This document shows positions 16,450 through 24,000 of a stretch of 24,000 nucleotides of DNA, piece after piece (the first letter of the stretch is position 1; the number at the start of each line of letters is the position of its first letter). Made by a program: the position numbers and the translations under genes. The stretch is from Candidatus Heimdallarchaeota archaeon B3_Heim (GTDB taxonomy: Archaea > Asgardarchaeota > Heimdallarchaeia > Hodarchaeales > Hodarchaeaceae): contig NJBF01000026.1 of the NCBI GenBank assembly GCA_003144275.1, forward strand, positions 36,443 to 60,442, in the 5' to 3' direction. The notes beneath the pieces were generated by a model. That model was given only the letters and a program-made list of their open reading frames with translations. It was not told the DNA's origin and made no database searches.

Positions 16450-16941
16450 TTAATTTGGAGAGGGAGAACTATCCATTTTTCGAGGCTGTACTATTTTGTC
16501 CCAAGCAGAATAACACATATCTAATATGGATTTAAAAGCAATAATTGCCGTTTCTTCCTCCTCTCGCGGATGATGTAGTTTATCGGGGTTTAAGCTCTCC
16601 ATCAAACAAGCTACATAGGTATCAATCGAGATTAAATTTTGTATCCAAAAAAATAGTACGAGAGCTTCGACTAGATCGGCGACTTGGCCTTTCTTTCCTT
16701 TTAACTTTAAGTAATCAGTTTTTATCCAGAGAGATGACCGATAGGCATGTGATAAAATTAAATCAGAAACTTTAGTGCCTGTAGTAGAATTCGTTACTCC
16801 GCTCTTTGCCAAAGAATAAATGAAATTTACGAATGAATCGCCTAATTTTGCATTCCCCTTCGCAAAAATGAAATCTCGGATAATTTTTTGAGGATCCCCC
16901 CCCTCTAAAGAAGTTTTTAATCGTTCCTGAATGAAAGACAC
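16450..16941 (-). CDS. RNase III-like domain protein
   Basis: AKLGDSFVNFIYSLA resembles the RNase III/Mini-III signature (..LGDa/s..). GKKGQVADLVEALVLFFW resembles the second catalytic motif (.aDvfEAliGAi). GTG start 37 nt after the Rpo11 stop, on the same strand. Confidence 0.55.
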   Translation of the reverse strand: MSFIQERLKTSLEGGDPQKIIRDFIFAKGNAKLGDSFVNFIYSLAKSGVTNSTTGTKVSDLILSHAYRSSLWIKTDYLKLKGKKGQVADLVEALVLFFWIQNLISIDTYVACLMESLNPDKLHHPREEEETAIIAFKSILDMCYSAWDKIVQPRKMDSSPSPN

Positions 16942-16978
16942 ACTTAAACCCGAATCCCGATGGATTCATAACAATTTT

Positions 16979-17290
16979 CTAAGTAATGCTAGATGTAACA
17001 AGATCAGTCAGGTCTTCACAATGTTTGTTAATTGTGTCAGCCGCGATCTTTAGGGCATCAATGGGGTTAATGCCCTCTGTACGGAGATAGAAAATCGGGT
17101 TCTCAAGAAGGGGGTGGGGAAATCTATACGCTGCGAAAAGAACTCCCTCTTGATCCTTTAATGATTCTCTAAGTAGGTTTAAAAATGTATGATTTTCACC
17201 TGCTATCTCAACTTCCAGTAAAGATTCTTCTTTTCGTACAATTTTTGCTTGCAACTGAATATTTCTCTCCAAACGTAAGTGATTTATCAA
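16979..17290 (-). CDS. rpoL: DNA-directed RNA polymerase subunit Rpo11 (RpoL)
   Basis: LLEVEIAGENHTFLNLLRESL...VLFAAYRFPHPLL...P.DALKIA matches the conserved Rpo11/RpoL pattern. The start is apparently TTG. Confidence 0.88.
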   Translation of the reverse strand: MINHLRLERNIQLQAKIVRKEESLLEVEIAGENHTFLNLLRESLKDQEGVLFAAYRFPHPLLENPIFYLRTEGINPIDALKIAADTINKHCEDLTDLVTSSIT

Positions 17291-17591
17291 TGAATGCTTT
17301 CTAACATTAGTTCAAATACTTTCTTTTCCACTAAGGAGTTATTGAAGTTAATTGATTCACTCTCCCTTGACTTAAAAATGGAGGAACACTCTCTCCAACT
17401 TAATTATACTGCCAGTTAGTGGGACCAAAAAACTGAAATGAATCAGGATAAGACATTAATCGGCCAGGTCCTTATTCGTGACTTGTTTTGCGTTCTCAAT
17501 CAAGAGGTACTTTGGATTGAGATTACTAATCCCTTCCCATGAAAGATACGAAAGTTAATTAGAAAGGGATAAGAAAGAATATACGACCTGA

Positions 17592-17708
17592 GTCGGGATA
17601 TCCAAGCCTGGTAATCAGCCATGAGGGCCATACTGGACTAGAATGGAGCCAGCCTGCTAAGTTGGTGTTCTTTTGAACTCGGGGGTTCAAATCCCCCTCC
17701 CGACGCCA
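17592..17708 (+). tRNA. tRNA-Ser (GCU), type II, with ~29-nt D-loop intron; CCA present in the DNA (17706-17708)
   Basis: Acceptor GTCGGGA/TCCCGAC with G73. Anticodon stem CCAGC/GTTGG with loop CTGCTAA. Long variable arm TGTTCTTTTGAACTC. T arm GGGGG-TTCAAAT-CCCCC. The D region TCCAAGCCTGGTAA[29 nt]TGGAG. Exons sum to 85 nt. Confidence 0.8.
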
Positions 17709-18003
17709 TTTATTCTTTTAAATTCTTGAATACATTCGGTTATAATTGTTTTCTAACTGTAGTACGTGAAGATTTTCTCTCCATATTCAACTTTAAAGAT
17801 GAACTATTGATTTCCTTGCAATAACATTGAAGATCAGAATTCTCCACAAATCGTGAAATTTGGGAAAAATAACAATCATTTAGTGTGGCTATTAACACCA
17901 CAGAAAAAGTTTCAAAAATTCTTAACTTTAGAAAAATATAAGCAACATGGGGAATAAATAGAAATTTCCACCAATTTGGTGAATTAATAGCTAGAAGAGG
18001 GAG

Positions 18004-18114
18004 GGCCGGTGCGGGGAATCGAACCCCGACATGGTGGGCCACAACCACCGATTATAGTGATCTAGATACCAGAATAGGGATCTCTATCAAGACTACCATT
18101 ATCCTACACCGGCC
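18004..18114 (-). tRNA. tRNA-His (GUG) with encoded G-1 and a ~39-nt intron between D-arm and anticodon stem
   Basis: G-1 plus acceptor GCCGGTG/CACCGGC with C73. D arm GGAT-AATGGTA-GTCT has two G-U pairs. Anticodon stem GGTGG/CCACC with loop TTGTGGC. T arm CGGGG-TTCGATT-CCCCG. The lengths add up to exactly 111 nt. Confidence 0.7.
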
Positions 18115-18246
18115 TGTGCGTTGGATTTAATTGTTGGTCGTATTTGTGCTCTATTTTCGCTTTTTTCTTTATAAAGAATTCTTCATTGATAATCCATTTA
18201 TGATTTATCCTCAATAATTCTGAGTCTTGGGAATTTCAGTCTTAAC

Positions 18247-19617
18247 GTAACTTATAAAGCTTCAGATTTGCTAGTAAGAGCAGCCAAAAGCCTTATATAG
18301 TGATGATTCTGAATATAGAGATATCTGAGGTCTCTATATGAAATTTCCCAGAATCACCAAACAATTTGTTCAGAAAGAGCTTTATAAGCTTTGTGATGGT
18401 TATGATACTTCACAATTAATTCACAAATATTCGTTGAAAAGTACCTGGTATCCTCAAGACATCATCAAAAGGCTAATTCAGGTGTGTTTAGAGCGTACAT
18501 CCCTAGAGGACATTTGCTCATCGAGTGAAGGTCCTTCCGCTGATACTGTCCATAGACGATGTTCGGAACTTCAATTCGACCAAACGGAACAATTAGTCAA
18601 TGGATGGCTCATTGAAGTGGCTTCACGTTTACGTTTCCATCCAAACACAAAAATTACCCTTGCTTTTGATATGTACTACCAACCTTATTATGAGAATCCT
18701 ACTGCAGAGTGGGTTAGTGGTTATAAGAGGAATAAGGGTACAAATTATGCCATTTGCATGCTAGTGGCATCCATTGCTACTCAAAAGATTCGTTGTCCTG
18801 TAGCAGTACGTTTTATGACGAAAATCCGTCATAAAGAAAAAGCTGGACTTGTAAGTAGCATTTTGGATGATCTTTTTGATTGGTTACCTGTTAAACGAGT
18901 TCTTTTCGATCGAGGTTTCTGTCAAGAAGATATTATCCAGTTAGCAGAAGATAGAGGATTAGAATATATTATTGCAGCCGTTCGACATAGTACAATAAAA
19001 CGAGCAGCCCAGACGATTCAAGAAACCGTACAGGCCCACGCTAGACTAGCTGGTGTCAATGTGGACGATCCTTTCGTTTTGGGTCAGTGGGCTTGCCAGC
19101 AAGGAATAGATACTTTTCGGGTTGAATACGTGGCTACAGGGAGGAAAAGAACCCAAGTTCCCTTAGTTGCCGCTTTTGTACGTAAGCGGACGTATCTTCA
19201 AAAACACCTTAAAAGGCGAACTTACGGACTCTATCTCTATTTAACCAATACAAATGTTACCCCCAGACGAGTAGTCAAGTTATATAGTAAGAGGTGGATT
19301 GTTGAGACCGACATTCGATGTACCAATGAATTCAAAGCAGTAACGAATAGTACGAACCCTCAGCTACGATTACTCCTCTATGGGTTAGCAATGGTATTTA
19401 ACGCTCTTTGGATAGTTTTTTCCACATTATTTCACCGTCTATCTGGTTTATCCTCTGAAATACTATCTGAAGAAGCTACGATTTCTATTAAACAGGCAGA
19501 TAAACTAATCTGTATCGCAAGACGGTTTAAACGTTTCTTACGTCAAGAAATACTACCACAAATTCATTTTTTGGGAGGTGATACGTGAAAACTGGAATTT
19601 AGGTGCTTATAAATTAC
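18247..19617 (+). mobile_element. IS element (IS4 superfamily, ISH3-like); boundaries tentative
   Basis: Contains an intact DDE transposase. The only candidate terminal inverted repeat I found is imperfect: GTAACTTATAAAGC (18247-18260) versus the reverse complement of GCTTATAAATTAC (19605-19617). No target-site duplication was seen. Confidence 0.35.
18338..19588 (+). CDS. DDE transposase, IS4/ISH3-like
   Basis: Candidate catalytic residues are in ITLAFDMYY, VLFDRGF and YSKRWIVETDIR (the Y-x2-R-x3-E signature of IS4-type DDE_Tnp_1 enzymes). ATG start. Visibly higher GC than the flanking ORFs. Confidence 0.88.
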   Translation: MKFPRITKQFVQKELYKLCDGYDTSQLIHKYSLKSTWYPQDIIKRLIQVCLERTSLEDICSSSEGPSADTVHRRCSELQFDQTEQLVNGWLIEVASRLRFHPNTKITLAFDMYYQPYYENPTAEWVSGYKRNKGTNYAICMLVASIATQKIRCPVAVRFMTKIRHKEKAGLVSSILDDLFDWLPVKRVLFDRGFCQEDIIQLAEDRGLEYIIAAVRHSTIKRAAQTIQETVQAHARLAGVNVDDPFVLGQWACQQGIDTFRVEYVATGRKRTQVPLVAAFVRKRTYLQKHLKRRTYGLYLYLTNTNVTPRRVVKLYSKRWIVETDIRCTNEFKAVTNSTNPQLRLLLYGLAMVFNALWIVFSTLFHRLSGLSSEILSEEATISIKQADKLICIARRFKRFLRQEILPQIHFLGGDT

Positions 19618-19657
19618 TTTTTGTTTGTTCTATATAATAAGAGAAGCCTGGATATTC

Positions 19658-20497
19658 ATGAAAATACAGGAGGAGGTTTATTCGTGGCCTATGAAGCTGA
19701 TGAGGTCAATATTGAATTACAAGAGCGATTTACATTATCCGAGTTATGATAATAATCACTGGATTGCGAATACCTGGAATGATTTTTTAGATAGTGAAGG
19801 GATAAGGTTAGAATCTATCTGGAAATTTTATTCAGAAATTAAAAATAAATTTGATAATGGGTGGGTGCTAATCAGTAAAAAAAATGAAAAAAGGCCTCTA
19901 TTACGGTGTTATGGCCAATTCTTTAATCAGATGATGAATTTTTTTCTGGATAAAGGACAATTTCCAACCAATTGCTATGAAGATTGGCTTTATTTTACAG
20001 GAAAAATGAATGGAATGAGCCCTTTCATTCGTCTAAAGATTAATAATTCCTCCAAAGATATGTCAGAAGTTTATCTAGTTTTAAATGCTAATTATAAATG
20101 GAATAAAATTGGTTTTGAGCGATTTAGAAAATATATCAAGCCCAATAATCAAAAATACACATTTTTGAGGATAATTGCAGACGAAATTTCATTAAACAAT
20201 AAAATTGAGCTTAAAACGTCATTAATTACCCAGATGCAGAGGAAGAATTATAGATATCCTGACAATTCAAAGAATAATAATAAGTCTTGGTTTACTAAAG
20301 TATTCAAACTTAAATCATGTGAAGATTTAATAACTGAATTATTAGAACTTTTTTTCCGAATTCATGTAGAAAGATTAGGAGGAGAAGCCAGCTTTAGGAA
20401 TCATGCAAAAGATTCCCCACGAAAAATGAAACTCCTTGAATTTTACAATACCTATGGTTCAGTTTATGGATTATTTAATGAACAAAGTCTCTCTTAA
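19658..20497 (+). CDS. hypothetical protein (AT-rich, Asn/Lys-rich), no recognisable domain
   Basis: Long ORF. I prefer the ATG at 19658 over the upstream TTG at 19625. Its stop codon abuts the ATG of the next ORF. Confidence 0.55.
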   Translation: MKIQEEVYSWPMKLMRSILNYKSDLHYPSYDNNHWIANTWNDFLDSEGIRLESIWKFYSEIKNKFDNGWVLISKKNEKRPLLRCYGQFFNQMMNFFLDKGQFPTNCYEDWLYFTGKMNGMSPFIRLKINNSSKDMSEVYLVLNANYKWNKIGFERFRKYIKPNNQKYTFLRIIADEISLNNKIELKTSLITQMQRKNYRYPDNSKNNNKSWFTKVFKLKSCEDLITELLELFFRIHVERLGGEASFRNHAKDSPRKMKLLEFYNTYGSVYGLFNEQSLS

Positions 20498-21523
20498 ATG
20501 GACTCTCTTGAAACGGATATTTTTATTTGTGATAAATCATGGATAATGAAGAATTTATGGTCATGGATTGAAAAAAAATGTGAGAGAGAAAACACTGCTC
20601 GTTCTGAAAAGAAATTTGTGGAATATTCGTCTGATATATTATCTGCTACGTCTATATGCAGGAAAATCCAAGAATTGAAGTATATCCATGCCAAGAGATG
20701 CGATATAGTTTATAATCAGGTCAAAATTAAGTCTACCAAGTTTTATGAGATCAGTAAGAACAGAAAGATCTTCTTAAACGAAAATAAAAGGAATAGTTTC
20801 AATAGATTAAATGCAGCGATTATCCAAGATAGTGAGGTACGTAATGAAATAACGCGTATTACTAAAGAAATTGATGATTTCACTCAATTAGATTTATCGG
20901 TTAAAGTTGAATCAGAGGATCGCTGGGCCAGAGTGACCTCTGGGGATAGTCCCTTGATTGATAAACCAGATATTATAACTTACCAATTTGAAGATGCAAA
21001 GAAAGGTAAGGCTAGAGAACTCATTCAAAATAAACTAATCAGAGAGCTTGGACATCAAAAAGGAAAAATTTCTTCAAGAGATTATTTGTTAGATTTTTGT
21101 AAAACAATAGGACATTATTCAACAAAGGATGGAACAGGGCTTATAAAACTTCAACTAGAGCTTCTTGAGAGGGGAGAGACTCTTGGTGGAAAAATACCTT
21201 TTGCTAAAAGAAACCACGCTGTTATAATCAGTTATTGGGGGGTTAGCTTCCCTATGATGCAAAGATTGGGAGATGTAATTGCGTCAGTTATTCTGCGAAA
21301 GTATAGTGACAGTATACAAAATGAATCTTGCTTAATAGATGAAGTGTCGAAAAATTTATCCCTTGGGAAGAAAGCTCTAAATGGTAGACAATTAGAATCT
21401 ATATCGAAAAGCACTATTAAGTCAATAATAGGTGATACTAAAATGGGAGAGACTACTTATTTGAAGAATCGATTTTTATCATTTTTAGAGCAATATATCA
21501 GTGAACTAAGAAACGAAAATTAA
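20498..21523 (+). CDS. hypothetical protein (341 aa), no recognisable domain
   Basis: The ATG immediately follows the TAA of the preceding ORF (20495-20497), which suggests translational coupling. Confidence 0.6.
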   Translation: MDSLETDIFICDKSWIMKNLWSWIEKKCERENTARSEKKFVEYSSDILSATSICRKIQELKYIHAKRCDIVYNQVKIKSTKFYEISKNRKIFLNENKRNSFNRLNAAIIQDSEVRNEITRITKEIDDFTQLDLSVKVESEDRWARVTSGDSPLIDKPDIITYQFEDAKKGKARELIQNKLIRELGHQKGKISSRDYLLDFCKTIGHYSTKDGTGLIKLQLELLERGETLGGKIPFAKRNHAVIISYWGVSFPMMQRLGDVIASVILRKYSDSIQNESCLIDEVSKNLSLGKKALNGRQLESISKSTIKSIIGDTKMGETTYLKNRFLSFLEQYISELRNEN

Positions 21524-21689
21524 TCACACATTCAGAATGAAGGAGGATAAAATAATTGTCACCTTAATCCTCTTTTCTCAATTTTTTGAAGATGAATTTA
21601 TCCTATATCTTTGATAGATTTGACTTTGAGTAAGGCCTATTTAACTAGAAATCAAAGGTAGAGTAAAGAATTCATTCGGATATTTACCA

Positions 21690-22238
21690 ATGACTCAAGA
21701 TAAGCAAGCGTCACCCTCATTAACACTCGGCTGTATTCATGTTATTACGGGTGATGGGAAAGGAAAAACCACTTCTGCGTTAGGTCTTGCGCTAAGAGCC
21801 GCGGGTCACGACCTGAAGACCTTAATGATTCAATTTATGAAAAAAGGATGGGATTATGGAGAATTGAGAGCAGTCCAGTCATTCCCAAATATCCAGATTA
21901 TCCAGTACGGCACTCCTGATTTTGTGAACAAAGCTAATCCCCTGCCTATCGATTTTCAGGAAGCTCAAGCAGCTCTGGCGCACTTTAAAAAGGAATTGAG
22001 TAATAATTGGGATATTATCATATTAGATGAGGTTAACGTGGCACTTGATTATCACTTAATTTCTGAGCAGGAGGTTCTTGATCTTCTCGAGAGAAAACCT
22101 AAAAATCTTGAGGTCATATTAACTGGTAGATATGCCAGTCAAGCCATAATTGACCTAGCTGATTATTATACAACAATACAATCTGTTAAACATCCGTATC
22201 AACATAACATTAATGCCCGAAAAGGTGTAGAATTTTGA
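21690..22238 (+). CDS. cobA: ATP:cob(I)alamin adenosyltransferase, CobA/CobO/BtuR type
   Basis: [25 protein letters not shown] is a P-loop (21750-21773). It is followed by [13 protein letters not shown] and IILDEVN, typical of CobA-type adenosyltransferases. Confidence 0.88.
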   Translation: MTQDKQASPSLTLGCIHVITGDGKGKTTSALGLALRAAGHDLKTLMIQFMKKGWDYGELRAVQSFPNIQIIQYGTPDFVNKANPLPIDFQEAQAALAHFKKELSNNWDIIILDEVNVALDYHLISEQEVLDLLERKPKNLEVILTGRYASQAIIDLADYYTTIQSVKHPYQHNINARKGVEF

Positions 22239-23950
22239 CTACCTCTCCGAAACGTCCCAATAAAGACCCAAATACAGAAACCCCCCCCGATCGTGCTGAA
22301 ATCCTTCAGAAGCGAAAAAATTGGGAGGAAGAATATGAGCAATTAATGAAAAAAAAGCCTGAGAGACTTTCTAGCTTCATTACAACATCAAGTATGCCAA
22401 TTAACCGTCTTTATGATCCTACCGATCTACCACAAGATTGGAGCTACTTAAAAGACGTGGGTTATCCAGGTGAATTTCCTTATACTCGCGGAGTACAGCA
22501 AACTATGTATCGTGGTCGTTTGTGGACAATGAGACAATTTGCTGGTTTTGGAGGAGCAGAAGAGACTAACCAAAGATTTAAATTTCTTTTAGCTAACGGA
22601 ATGACAGGTCTGAGTGTGGCCTTTCATCTACCTACTCTGTATGGACGAGAGTCGACACATCCGATGTCTCTGGGGGAAGTGGGGAAACTTGGAGTAGCCA
22701 TTGACACATTACGGGATATGGAAATTCTTTTTGACGGAATTCCGTTAGACAAAGTTACTACCTCGATGACTATTAATGCTCCTGCAGCCATTCTGCTGTC
22801 TATGTATATCGCAGTAGCAGAAAAACAAGGCGTTTCCCCAGATCAAATAGGAGGGACAATACAAAACGACATTCTTAAGGAGTATATGGCGCAAAAATCA
22901 TATATATTCCCACCTAAGTCATCGATGCGGCTTATCGTTGATACAATTAAATATTGTTCTAAATTTGTCCCTAGGTGGAATACGATATCGATTTCTGGTT
23001 ATCACATCCGTGAAGCAGGATCTACTGCGGCTCAAGAGCTCGCATTTACCCTGATCAATGGATTAGAATACGTTAAATGGGCCGTCAAATCAGGGATGGA
23101 AATAGATGAATTTGCACCTAGATTATCATTCTTTTTTAATTCGCATAACGATTTCTTCGAAGAAATTGCTAAATTCCGAGCAGCCCGGCGTATTTGGGCA
23201 CGGTGGATGAGAAAGTTCTCTCCAAAGAATGAACGCTCTCTCTGGCTTAGATTTCATACACAGACTGCAGGTTGTTCTTTAACAGCTCAACAGCCGTATA
23301 ATAACGTTGTACGAACTACTGTTCAATCTATGGCTGCTGTAATAGGCGGCACACAGTCGTTACATACTAATTCGTTGGATGAAGCCCTTGCTTTACCCAG
23401 TGAAGATGCAGTAGAAATAGCATTACGTACGCAACAAATAATTGCTCATGAAAGTGGACTTACTAATACGATTGATCCATTTGCAGGGAGTTATTTCGTG
23501 GAGAGCCTTACAAACTTGATGGAAAAAGAAGTTGAAGACTATCTCCAAAAAGTAGACCAACTCGGAGGAGTAATCCCCGCTATTGAGAAGGGATTCTTCC
23601 AGCAAGAGATCGCGAATGCAGCTTACCAATATCAAAAGGAAATCGAAAAAAATGAAAGGACCATCGTAAGTGTTAACGATTTTACCAAAGATGAAGATAT
23701 TAAAATTCCAATTTTACAAATTGGAGATGAGATTGCTGAAAGACAAAAAAAGCGATTAGAACAAGTTAAACAGGAAAGAAATACTGAAAAAGTAACTAAC
23801 GCCTTATTAAAAATTCAAGAAGCAGCCAAGGGAAACGAAAATTTGTTTCCACTGATATTAGATGCAGTAAAATTGTATGCCTCCATTGGGGAAATATGCG
23901 ATGTTCTAAGGGAAGTTTTTGGAGAATGGAAAGGAGATTTATTGTTTTAA
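22235..23950 (+). CDS. mcmA: methylmalonyl-CoA mutase, large (catalytic, substrate-binding) subunit
   Basis: [47 protein letters not shown] and FHTQTAG are all classic MCM barrel-domain motifs. The TTG start overlaps the cobA stop (TTGA). Confidence 0.93.
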   Translation: MTTSPKRPNKDPNTETPPDRAEILQKRKNWEEEYEQLMKKKPERLSSFITTSSMPINRLYDPTDLPQDWSYLKDVGYPGEFPYTRGVQQTMYRGRLWTMRQFAGFGGAEETNQRFKFLLANGMTGLSVAFHLPTLYGRESTHPMSLGEVGKLGVAIDTLRDMEILFDGIPLDKVTTSMTINAPAAILLSMYIAVAEKQGVSPDQIGGTIQNDILKEYMAQKSYIFPPKSSMRLIVDTIKYCSKFVPRWNTISISGYHIREAGSTAAQELAFTLINGLEYVKWAVKSGMEIDEFAPRLSFFFNSHNDFFEEIAKFRAARRIWARWMRKFSPKNERSLWLRFHTQTAGCSLTAQQPYNNVVRTTVQSMAAVIGGTQSLHTNSLDEALALPSEDAVEIALRTQQIIAHESGLTNTIDPFAGSYFVESLTNLMEKEVEDYLQKVDQLGGVIPAIEKGFFQQEIANAAYQYQKEIEKNERTIVSVNDFTKDEDIKIPILQIGDEIAERQKKRLEQVKQERNTEKVTNALLKIQEAAKGNENLFPLILDAVKLYASIGEICDVLREVFGEWKGDLLF

Positions 23951-23968
23951 TTCAAAGGAAGTCATTCA

Positions 23969-24000
23969 ATGAGCACAAGTCAAAAAATACGCGTATTATT
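23969..24000 (+). CDS. start of methylmalonyl-CoA mutase B12-binding (small) subunit, 3'-truncated by window end
   Basis: ATG preceded by AAGGAAG. It encodes MSTSQKIRVLL, consistent with the first beta-strand of archaeal MCM B12-binding subunits and with the expected gene order. Only 10 codons are visible. Confidence 0.45.
   Translation, partial: MSTSQKIRVL

Noticed and set aside
16772-16969. 65-aa ORF starting with ATG just downstream of Rpo11. Considered as evidence that the RNase III-like gene is frameshifted.
   Set aside because: It is in a different frame, its translation is nonsense-like (GGGSS, Phe/Arg-rich), and the GTG-initiated 163-aa frame carries both RNase III motifs intact.
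17438-17542. 34-aa ATG ORF (MNQDKTLIGQVLIRDLF...) in the Rpo11/tRNA-Ser spacer.
   Set aside because: Too short, no ribosome-binding context and no recognisable motif.
17740-18048. 102-aa minus-strand ORF between tRNA-Ser and tRNA-His.
   Set aside because: Its 5' part is the tRNA-His gene itself read as protein. The remainder is AT-rich spacer without a start context.
894-23635. Short ORFs from the six-frame track lying antisense to or inside larger genes: 894-1223, 2016-2219, 4532-4717, 6418-6669, 7510-7740, 10144-10326, 11166-11354, 11898-12152, 13452-13766, 13949-14131, 14328-14522, 15587-15769, 16029-16211, 16545-16775, 20494-20694, 21232-21414, 23423-23635.
   Set aside because: Each is fully embedded in a longer ORF with recognisable domains or a clear repeat structure on the other strand or frame. 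Their translations are low-complexity or nonsense-like, and such shadow ORFs are expected in AT-rich DNA.

Overview
Low-GC archaeal chromosomal window. Archaeal hallmarks are PAN, aMBF1, Rpo11/RpoL, a uS8-uL6 pair, and four tRNA genes that all carry introns, mostly at non-canonical positions. The composition and gene content (WD40 expansion, coiled-coil/wHTH proteins) are reminiscent of Asgard-type genomes, but I cannot establish lineage from this window. Layout: (1) 1-3533 holds the 3' part of a very large gene encoding 8+ WD40 repeats, TSP3-like Ca-binding repeats, Ig-like modules, one TM helix and a minimal cytoplasmic CHAT/caspase-like domain, followed by a small Lys-rich ORF. (2) 3.5-12.7 kb is a block of poorly characterised genes ending at the 3' side of a tRNA-Met/tRNA-Asn tandem. 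It contains an FtsK/HerA-type ATPase with an unknown N-terminal half, a coiled-coil/wHTH protein, and a SatD-like plus small membrane protein pair preceded by a dense TTGAC/GTCAA motif array. It also contains a double zinc-ribbon/coiled-coil/poly-Pro protein, a wHTH protein and a 618-aa HExxH protein. (3) 13-17.3 kb is housekeeping: uL6, uS8, aMBF1, PAN, an RNase III-like protein and Rpo11. (4) 17.6-21.5 kb holds tRNA-Ser, tRNA-His, an IS4/ISH3-like DDE transposase and two AT-rich unknown ORFs. (5) 21.7-24 kb holds cob(I)alamin adenosyltransferase, the methylmalonyl-CoA mutase large subunit and the start of the B12-binding subunit. The best candidates for an undescribed system are the transmembrane WD40-CHAT 'receptor-protease' with its coupled small ORF, and the SatD-like/membrane pair with its operator-like array. 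The triple-intron tRNA-Asn is the clearest unusual object visible directly in the sequence. No rRNA or CRISPR array was seen. All homology calls come from motif recognition by eye, not from searches.
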